A stretch of DNA of 62,727 nt, the filler included, from Hausera hauseri (lineage: Eukaryota), in NCBI GenBank assembly GCA_046269625.1. It is 10 parts of 10 records of this genome, joined end to end, with 100 filler letters (N's around TTAATTAATTAA, not from the genome) between each part and the next. Parts side by side here need not be neighbours in the genome. Positions count along the whole stretch, not along the records: positions 47,258 to 53,501 come from JBJURY010120984.1; positions 53,602 to 58,288 come from JBJURY010475354.1; positions 58,389 to 62,727 come from JBJURY010628663.1; 7 more parts are not named here. One strand, written 5' to 3'. The translations under genes were made by a program, and so were the position numbers. The notes beneath the pieces are model-generated. The model was not told the origin of the DNA. It worked only from the letters and a program-made list of their open reading frames with translations, and searched no databases. This document shows, in pieces, positions 52,741-62,727 of the stretch. Each line of letters starts with the position of its first letter. Position 1 is the stretch's first letter.

Positions 52741-53141
52741 TCTTTTGCTTCATAACCATATTAAATGAATTACTTTTTGTACTGTCGTTCTTCCTGCTGG
52801 TGTTTGTATTGAAAAATTATCAATGAAGGACGGATTGTGTAACTTGATTTGATCAGGATTCTTTCTCTCCTCCGTCTTTGGTGTAACGTTATTTGAACTG
52901 AACACCGACTGTTTAGTGGCATTGGAAAAACTAAAATATGTGGGTTTCGAAGCGTTTTCCTGGGCCATTGATAACTTCGAGGGATTTTGAGAATAAGGAG
53001 TAGCGATTGCTTTTAAAACTAACGGTGGTGATTTGAGATTTCCGGAAAAATTTGACGTGGCAGAACCGGAAACGAAGGGTTTTAAAGAGGACTTTGTATC
53101 GGCAGTATTCGTGGTAGACCCCAATAGTAGAAGGAAAGGAG

Positions 53142-53501
53142 CACACTGGGCCATTCCCTCCCAGGATCGATGGTCAATATTCAATAAACAATTTCTTTGA
53201 ATTTTGAATTTTTGAATTTTTAAAAGTGCACCATTGATTTTTCGAAAGTGTGCAGCACTATTCGGTGCAAATTTCGAAAATTTTCGAAAAACGAAAAATG
53301 TGTATTTTTGAATTCTGTTCACGATGGTATTATTGAAAAAAAGTTTTCCTAAAAAAACTTTTTCGAACTTTAATATCTTTTCACCGAGTTTTCAAATAAT
53401 TTTGGTTGGAAGGGCAAAAATGTCCAGTTTTTTGAGCTCTATTCAATGGTATATGTCGCAAGTCTGTACAACCCTAAGAACCCAATATATAACGATTCGA
53501 A
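53142..53501. mobile_element. Possible Transib/Chapaev-like DNA transposon end
   Basis: Starts CACACTGGG, followed by AT-rich TTTTCGAAAA palindromic subterminal repeats; other end lost at linker. Confidence 0.4.
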
Positions 53502-53601
53502 NNNNNNNNNNNNNNNNNNNNNNNNNNNNNNNNNNNNNNNNNNNNTTAATTAATTAANNNNNNNNNNNNNNNNNNNNNNNNNNNNNNNNNNNNNNNNNNN
53601 N

Positions 53602-56600
53602 ACCACATGATATACAAGTACCAATCAGATGTACTAAATAATACACAAGTCCCAGCAACATGTATCACATAATATACAAGTACCAATGAGATGTATCACA
53701 TCATACACAAGTATCGACAAAACGTATCACATAACACACAAGTAACAACAAAATGTATCACATAATACACAAGTAACAATAAGATGTATGACATAATACA
53801 CAAGTAGCAATAATATGTACTACATAATACAGAAGTATTAAAAAGATGTATCACGTAATACACAAGTATCGACAGGATGTATGACATAATACACAAGTTC
53901 CAACAAGGGGTGTCACGTAATACACAGTTACCAACAAGACGTACTACATAATATATAAGTACCAACAAGATGTATCACATAATACACAATTACAAATAAG
54001 ATGTATCACATAATACACGAGTATCGAAAAGATGTATCACATAATACACAAGTACCATTAAGATTTATCACATAATACACAAGTACGAATAAGATGGACT
54101 ATATAATGCATAAGTATCAACAAGATGTATCACATAATACACAAGTATCGACAAGATGTATTATATATTACACAAGTACCAATAAGATGTATCACATAAC
54201 ACACAAGTACCAACAAGATTTATCACATAATACACAAGGATCGACAAGATGTATCACATAATAGAGAAGTATCTACAAGATGTATCACATAATACACAAG
54301 TACCAATAATATGTATCATATAATACACAAGAACCAGTAAGATGTATTACATAATGCATAACTACCCATAAAATTTACCACATAGTACACAATTACCAAT
54401 CAGATGTACAACATATTACACAAGCACCAACAACATGTATCACATAATACACAAGTACCAATAAGATGTATCACATCATACACAAGTACCAATAAATATC
54501 ACAGAATACACAAGGACCAATAATATTTATTACAGAATACACAAGTACCAATAGCATATACCACATAACACAGAAGTAACAATAAAATGTATCACAGAAT
54601 ACACAAGTACCAATAATATGTACCACATAATACAAAAGTACCATTAAGATGTACCACATAATACACAAATGCCACTAAGATGTATCATATAATACACAAG
54701 TATCGAGAAGATTAATCACATAATACACAATTATAACATAATGCACAAGTACCAATAAGATGTATCACATAGTACACAAGGACCAATAAGATGCATCACA
54801 AAATACACAGGTACCAACAAGGTGTACTACATAATACATAAGTACCAACAAGATGTATCACATAATACACAAGTATCGACAAGGTGTATCACATAATACA
54901 CAAGAATTAGCAAGATGTGTCACATTATACACAAGCACCAATAAGATGTATCACATAATACACAAGTAAAAATAAGATGCATCACATTATACACAAGAAA
55001 CAGTAAGATGTATCACAGAATGCACACCTACCAATAATATGTTCCACACAATACACAAGTACCAATCAGATGTACCACATAATGCACAAGTACCAACAAG
55101 ATGTATCACATAATACACAAGTACCAACAAGACATATCACATAATACACAAGTACCAATAATATGTATCACACAGTACACAAGTGCCAATAAGATGTACC
55201 ACATAATACACAAGTACGAATAAGACGTATAACATAATACACAAGTATCGACAAGATGTATCTCATAATACACAAGTACCAACAAGATGTATCACGTAAG
55301 ACACAAGTGCCAACAAAATGTTCTACATAATATATAAGTACCAACAAGATGTATCACATAATACAAAAGTACCAATAAGATTTATGACATAATACGCAAG
55401 TAGCAAAAAGATTTATAACATAATACACATGTACCAATAATATATATCACATATTACACAATTACCAACAAGATTTATCACATAATTCACAAGGATCGAC
55501 AAGATGTATCACGTAATACACAAGTATCTACATGATGTATCACATATTACACAAGTACCAATAATATGTATCATATAATACACAAGAACCAGTAAGGTGT
55601 ATTACATAATACACAACTATCAATAAGATTTACCACATAGTACACAAGTACCAATCAGATGTACAACATAATACACAAACAACAAGATGTATCACATAAT
55701 ACACAAGTACCAATAAAATGTATCACATCACACAGAAGTTCCAATAAGATGTATTACAGAATACACAAGTACCAATAACATGTATCACAGAATACACAAG
55801 TACCAAAAAATGTATCACATAATATACAAGTACCAAAAGATGTATCACATAATACACAAGCACCAACAAGATGTATCACATAATACACAAGGAGCAACAA
55901 GATGTATCACAAAATACACAAGTACCAACAAGATGTATCACATAGTACACAAGTAGCAAAAAGATGTATCACATAATACAAAATTAACAATAAGATGTAT
56001 CATATAATACGCATGTACCAATAACATGTATCATATAAAACACAAGTACCAATAACGTGTATCATATGATACACAAGAGCCAGTAAGATGTGTCACGGAA
56101 TTCACAACGACCCACAAGATTTACCACATAATACAAAAGTACCAATCAGAGATGCCACAAAATACACAAGTACCAACTGATATATCACATTATACACAAG
56201 TATCAACAACACGTATCACATAATACACAACAACCAACAAGACGGATCATATAATACACAAGTACCAATAAGATGCATCACATAATACACAACAACCAGT
56301 AAGATGCATCACATAATACACAACTATCAATAAGATATACCACATAATACACAAGTGCCAATCAGATGTACCACATAATACACAAGTACCTAAAAGTTGT
56401 ATCATATAATACACAAATACAAACAAAATGTACCGCCTTATGCACAAGTAGCAGTAACATGTATCACATAATACAAAAGTACCAAAATGATGAACCAAAT
56501 ATCACACATGTAACAATAATATGTATCACATAAAACAGATGTACAAATAAGATGAATCACATAATACACAAGTACCAACAAGACGTACGACATAATGCAC

Positions 56601-58288
56601 AAGTATCAATAAGAAGTATCACATAATACACAAGTACCAATAAGAGGTATCACATAATACACAAGAACCAATAAGGTGTATCACATAATACACAAGTCCC
56701 AACAAGATGTATCACATAAAACAAAAGTACCAACAACATGTATCACATAAAACTCAAGCACCAACAAGATGTATCACATCATACACAAGTACCAATAAGA
56801 TGTATCGCATAATTCACAAGTACCAATAACCTGTATCATATAATACACAAGTACCAGCAATCTGTATTACAGAATACACAACTACCAATAAGATTTACCA
56901 CATAGTACACAAATACCAATCAGATGTACCACATAATACACAAGTACCAACAACATATATCATATAATACTCAAGTACCAATAAGAGTTATCACATAATA
57001 CACAAGAACCAATAAGGTGTATCATATAGTACACAAGTACCAATAAAAAGTATCACATAATACACAAGAACCAGCAAGATGTATCATGGAATACACAACT
57101 ACCAATAAGATTTACCACATAATACTCAAGTACCGACAACATGTAACACATCATACACAAGCACCAATAAGATGTATCATATAATACTCAAGATCCTGTA
57201 AGATGTTTTACATAGTACACAACTACCCATAATATTTACCACATAATACACAAGTACCAATCAGATGTACCACATAATACACAAGTTCTAACAGATGTAT
57301 CAAATAATACAAAAGTACCAACAACACGTATCACATAATACGCAACAACCAACAAGACGTGTCATATATTACACAAGTACCAATGAAATGCATCACATAA
57401 TACACAAGAACCAGTAAGATGCATCACATAAAACACAAGTACAAATAATAATTATCACATAATACACAAATACCAACAAGATATATCACATAAAACACAC
57501 GAACCAACAAGATGTATCACATAATACACAAATACCAATAATACGTACCACATAATACACAAATACCAATAATATGTACCACGTAATACACAAGTACCAC
57601 TAAGATGTATCACATTATACACAAATACCAGCAAGATGTATCACGTAATACACAAGATCCAATAAGATATATTACATATTACACAAATATCAATAAGATT
57701 TACCACATAATACACAAGTACCAATCAGATGTACCACATAATACACAAGATCCAACAAGATATATCACATAATACACAAATACCAACAAGATGTATCACG
57801 TAATACACAAGATCCAATAAGATATATTACATATTACACAAGTGCCAATCAGATGTACCACATAATGCACAAGTACCTACTAATACAAATAAAACGTACC
57901 GCCTTATGCACAAGTAGCAGTAACATGTATCACATAATTCAAAAGTAGCAATATAATGTACCAAATAACACACATATACCAATAAGATGTATCGCATAAA
58001 ACGCAAGTACAAATTATATGTATGGCATAATGCACAAGTATCAATAAGACGTATAACATAATACACAAATACAAACCAGATGTATCACATAATACACAAG
58101 TGCCAATAATATGGACCCCATAATACACAAGTACCACAAAGATGTATCACATAATACACAAGCACCAATAAGAGGTATCACATAATACACAAGAACCAAT
58201 AAGGTGTATCACGTAATACACAAGTACGAATAAGATGTATCACTTATACACAAGTACCAACAAGATGTATCACATAATACACAAGTAT
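53602..58288. repeat. 31-bp satellite array (about 150 units)
   Basis: Consensus ATGTATCACATAATACACAAGTACCAA(T/C)AAG fills the whole contig. Confidence 0.97.
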
Positions 58289-58388
58289 NNNNNNNNNNNN
58301 NNNNNNNNNNNNNNNNNNNNNNNNNNNNNNNNTTAATTAATTAANNNNNNNNNNNNNNNNNNNNNNNNNNNNNNNNNNNNNNNNNNNN

Positions 58389-59220
58389 ATGTTAAATCGC
58401 ATCATTTCTTCGGGGTATTCCGAATATACCACCGTTGCAACTTCCGTCATCTTTACTTCTTTAACTCCTTTCTTATATGTTGTCTATTCTCTTTCGGCCG
58501 TTCTTCCAACCGTCTTATTAAATTTTTTTTCCTTTAATAACATAAGATGGCATCGATTCGAACTAACATCCCAAGTCATTTTAGATTCTCCACTATCACA
58601 CTCCCCGTTTTTATATTCGCATTTACTCATAATTGTCATGAGTTTAGTTTGTGACTCAAATAACCCCTCATATTTATTCAATTGAACTTGATAATCTTCG
58701 ATGGCTACTGTTCTTGATGCGGTAGTGCCTCCCACGACATAGTCTACCCCTTTACAGGTGCCTTCCATTGTTTTATCTATCCTTCCAGCTCGAAAAATTC
58801 GAGTATATTTTATTTTTTTTGTACTGCATATATTTGCGCGTTTTGTATTGTTATCACTCCGATTTTAAATGCATCTTGACATTCAGCTCGTGATATAATT
58901 ATCGGTTCGAAAGGTGTTGTTGGTTCGATAATAGCGGAGTTTCCAGAATAATATTCACAATTGAATTGTAAGTATGATTTCTTTACGTAGCACTCTCTGA
59001 TTTTAGCCTTGATGAATTCCGATTCTTGGTACATCCAATAACTATGACCATTAATTGTTGTTAATTGTTCGGGATCGGCTTTAGGGCACTTTTCTAAATC
59101 CACCAAGAAATACTTCTGCCTTTCTTTAGGTTTCGAACAATCATAAGCCACCACGCCCATAGCCTTAGGCATGCAGATGGATGCTATCAATAATAGTTGT
59201 AATATATCCATAAATATCAT
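58389..59220 (-). pseudogene. Chuvirus-like envelope glycoprotein N-terminal half
   Basis: Hydrophobic leader ILQLLLIASICMPKAMG then VVAYDCS..CP..YQ..EC..NC..ISRAEC..GTCKG..CEYKNGEC..W....C, the cysteine spacing of chuviral G proteins and their endogenous derivatives; stop/frameshift near 58800. Confidence 0.75.
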
Positions 59221-61807
59221 TCCACCTAAGCCTTGTTTTATAACACTAGGTTGTGTTGCAGTTATTCTTCCATATTGTCCTCCTTCGGGTCTCCTACCGT
59301 TCATTAAACTTGGTATCCATCCGCACCTATATTGCACCCAGTTTTCCCAAGTATCGGGTAGGATTTTAACTGTTACTCTTATGTTCCTTTCGAGTTCCTC
59401 AAGGTTTTGTGTCTGATAATTGATAACAATTACTTTATATAGCAAATAAGCAACAGCCTTTACAACTTTTTCTCTGGTAATACCTGTTGTAAACATCTTC
59501 TCCAATATGTCTTGTTCATGTAGTTTGTTAATTCTCTCTTCATTAATGTCCTCGTAAAATTGTCTGCTAATTCTCAGCATGCTGTTACGCAACGTCTGGA
59601 ACAAGTCGTCGGGAGTAGTCACTTGCATATCGAAAGATGCGAATGATATATGTAATTTTGATAGCAGCGTTCTCAACAATGGGTCTATATCTATAGTTTC
59701 TAATGTCGTATCTCTTCCTGCCAATAGTAAGCGTCGTACAATCTCTTCATTTCTATCTCTTATTCCGAATATCACTTATTTTAGTTCCTTTTGGCCGTCC
59801 TTTTCTTTTAGCCTCAGTTTGTACCGTGACATCCTGTATGTTACCGGTTGGTTGCTCTTCTACTTCCTGTGGTTGTAGTTCCTTTATTGTGTTTTCTATT
59901 GTTTCCTCCGCTCTTGCGTCAGGGTGTATCTTGGTTATCGTGATTGGGTTATAGTTTTCGCTTCTACATCCAATTCTTAGTAGTTTATCATAACCATATA
60001 ACGTTCTTCCATAAAAACTTAACCCATACAGAACGGTTCTAACTCTTCAATTCTCTCTCGAAACGTTAATATGTCATCTGTCTCATTCATTCTGATAACC
60101 CTCATATCGTGATTTCCTTCTTTTAATGTTATTCTTAATGCTTCGTTTCTTCCTCTTTTATTTTCAGCTACTTTAGCCAATATTGTCCGAGCTATCTCTT
60201 ANNNNNNNNNNTTCAATTCTTTCTCGCAACGTTAATATATCATCTGCTTCATTCATTCTAATAACTCTCATATCCTGGTTTCCTTCTTTTAACGTTATTC
60301 TTACCGTTTCGTTTCTTCCTTTTCATCTTCAGCTACATTAACCAATATTGTCAGTGCTATTTCTCTTATTGGACTAGTATCGTGGGCGAGTAATAGTAAC
60401 TGGAATAAAATTTCGTTTGTCTTAACTGTAGATACCTTACTATCTATTAATTTTAGTATGCTTGTCGCTTGATTTACGTCTATTATATTTTTAGGATCTA
60501 TAGCAATTACGCTGGGATAAGGTCTTCAGCATCTAAATCTACCTCTATATCATGTATTACTTGTTCAATAACGATTTCATCAAAAAATTTTGTGGGTTGC
60601 ACTTTTTCACTTTCCTATGACGTTGACTCGCCAGACTTACTTTTCTTTCGTCCTCTTTTGTCCTACATCGCTTTTCTCCACAGAAGTTTCTGGATTCCCC
60701 CCCCTTCTATCTTTTTATTACCCTTCTTTCTTGTAGAGGTTTTCCTCCTTTTGACTTTTTCGTTACGTAAATACTATTTTCTCTTAATCGTTTCTGTTGA
60801 ATTTTATAATCCTTTAATTCTATGTCTAGTTGCTTTCTCATATGTTGAGATAATATCTCGTTAACATAGTTTACACTCTCTTTTATCTTTTTTTATGCTC
60901 ACTATCCTATGTTTCATATTCTTTATCGGATGATTCATCCAATGTGGCTGACACATAATCCTTCTGTTTATTACCATTGGACTTAGAAGAATCTCTATCG
61001 TGACCTACGTGTTTTTGCTATGTGACCGTATTTATTACAATTAAAACACTTCAACCTCCCTTCTGAATCTATATTGGGTAATGCCCTTCCATCCTTCGTA
61101 GAGCTTTTTTTTCTTGTAATTGAACCTCACTTTCTTTTCTACGTCTGATTCAGCTTCTAATCTGACGTTTGCGAGGGACTTCGATTCCTGACATACCGCT
61201 GATATTTTTGTGTACTATTAATTTTCCTTTTATCTTGTTTACCTCCGTAACTTTTAGACTTGTTCCATTTATATAGGTCCACATCTCATTCGGCTTTACG
61301 AGCTTTCCTTATAGCTTTTTGGAACGTAGGTGGATCGGCTTGTAAAATTATTTCCATTAACTTTCCTTCTAATCCCTATTGGAATTGGGCCAACAATGCA
61401 TTGTTTCTTATCGTTACGTCAGGGCTGCCCGTGCTGCCAATTTTTCCAGTGCGCATAAGTAATCTTGGACTGACTTGTCTTTTCGTTGCCTTCTTCGTAT
61501 AAATTCTTCTATCCTCCCCTTTCCAGAGGGATCAACTAGAAACTTGTGTGGCAACTTTTCTTTAATGGATTTCCAGTCCTTCTTATCATCTTCTGGCATC
61601 TGGAAATAAATCTTTAGGGCTGTTCCTTTTAAATGAAGAGGCAATCTCCATCCGTTGTTGGTTGTTCCATCCAAAACTTCTTTAGTACACTTCGTACTCC
61701 ATCATAAAATCTTGTACATCTTACTTTCCACTAAACTTTTTCATAGGCAGGGTGAAATCAGCTTTTGACTGTATCATCCGTTCTACGTTATAGTTATTTC
61801 GGGCCAT
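58389..61807 (-). mobile_element. Retroelement B: Gag-CCHC, UBL, AT-hook, chuvirus-like Env (decayed)
   Basis: ATG at 61807; KFSG.DVQDF, LPLHLKGTALKIY, RRQRKDKSVQDY (retrotransposon gag); CFNCNKYGH at about 61045; LRITLK..DDILTFRERIE..LSFYGRTL; KRKGRPKG at about 59800. Confidence 0.8.
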
Positions 61808-62727
61808 TCTGTTTTCCTCTTCACTTGAATTATTTATAAATTCTAATCTAAACGGTAAGTTATCTTCTGAATCTGCTTGATATTGTGTTTCCTTCCTGGT
61901 CGCAATTTTTGATAATTTAATTACTTCTTCTTATCTAAAGGTTTCTGCGAGTTTTCCCGGGTCACAGTACCAGTTGTTGAAACCTCACTAATTCGAGTTG
62001 GGAGAGGCCTATCAATTGAACGTGCGTTGAATTAATGGAGAGAACAAATTTACTTCAATAATTATTTTTAACGTGTTGAGTAGGGCGAGACAGACGTAAG
62101 GATCTTACCTAGCCCTAACTTATAGGTAGTATGTGGGGGACAGTTGCCGTTAAGGCTGATTTTATCTCTTTTTCTACGGTTTACTTGAAGTCAAATTATT
62201 GATAATTATACTGGCCGCCGTCAAGTAGGCTTGACCTGGACGGCTATTTGTTCCAATTTACTTAAGGATTTACTTATTTAGTTACTTTAGTTACAGAAAG
62301 AGAACGATTCTCGGATAAAAATATATATTATTACCGATAACAAATTTGTAAAAAAATATACGCTTAAAAGATAATCTATCAATAAGACGTGCTACGATCA
62401 CCAAAATCACAATAAAAAATAATAGCAATACTCACATAAATTATTTGAAACACTACAAGACACCCAAGTCCGAAAACAAAAATTGCTAAATTATGACAGA
62501 AAACCTTCAATATAACGAATAGTTTTAGTAAGTCATTCTTTAATCCTTGTACTTATTCTATTAATGAAAATTTATGAAATGCACATATAATCATTCAAAG
62601 TTATCGAGGAAACGAATTTTACTATAAATAAAAGACGTACAAAATTGAATACTGATCAGCAAACAAGCGAATATTCGTTTATCTAGATCAAATATCCTGA
62701 TCTTTTTACCATGAATCTGAACTGTTT

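Noticed and set aside
53602-58288. CRISPR array or Cys/Tyr-rich protein genes
   Set aside because: Head-to-tail monomers without unique spacers, no cas genes; ORFs are by-products of a 31-bp period
60040-60370. Tandem double UBL domain in element B
   Set aside because: The duplication straddles a 10-N gap and may be two alleles or copies merged by scaffolding

Overview
Eukaryotic (animal) DNA, not a contiguous locus: ten contigs are concatenated with artificial 100-bp N44-TTAATTAATTAA-N44 linkers, so adjacency across linkers is meaningless. Content is almost entirely mobile DNA: several decayed copies of a CsRn1/Kabuki-like Ty3/gypsy LTR family, Polinton/Maverick ends and a pPolB remnant, mariner, Tc1, hATm-like, pogo-like and LINE fragments, a 31-bp satellite, plus one apparently intact host gene end (ABCB/P-glycoprotein NBD2 with 41-47 bp introns) and pseudogenised host fragments (GCN1, Furry). 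Two candidate novel systems stand out. (1) A retroelement family seen in two separate contigs (21900-25950 + and 58389-61807 -) with a long Gag/CCHC ORF that continues into a ubiquitin-like domain and an AT-hook and, in the second copy, into a signal peptide and a chuvirus-type glycoprotein, with no protease or RT in between. (2) A gypsy family whose LTRs have conserved ends but a variable kilobase-scale interior filled with captured host-gene fragments (Furry inside a complete 2494-bp LTR; GCN1 and other cargo next to LTR ends in other copies). All protein-family calls are by motif recognition only, without database searches.
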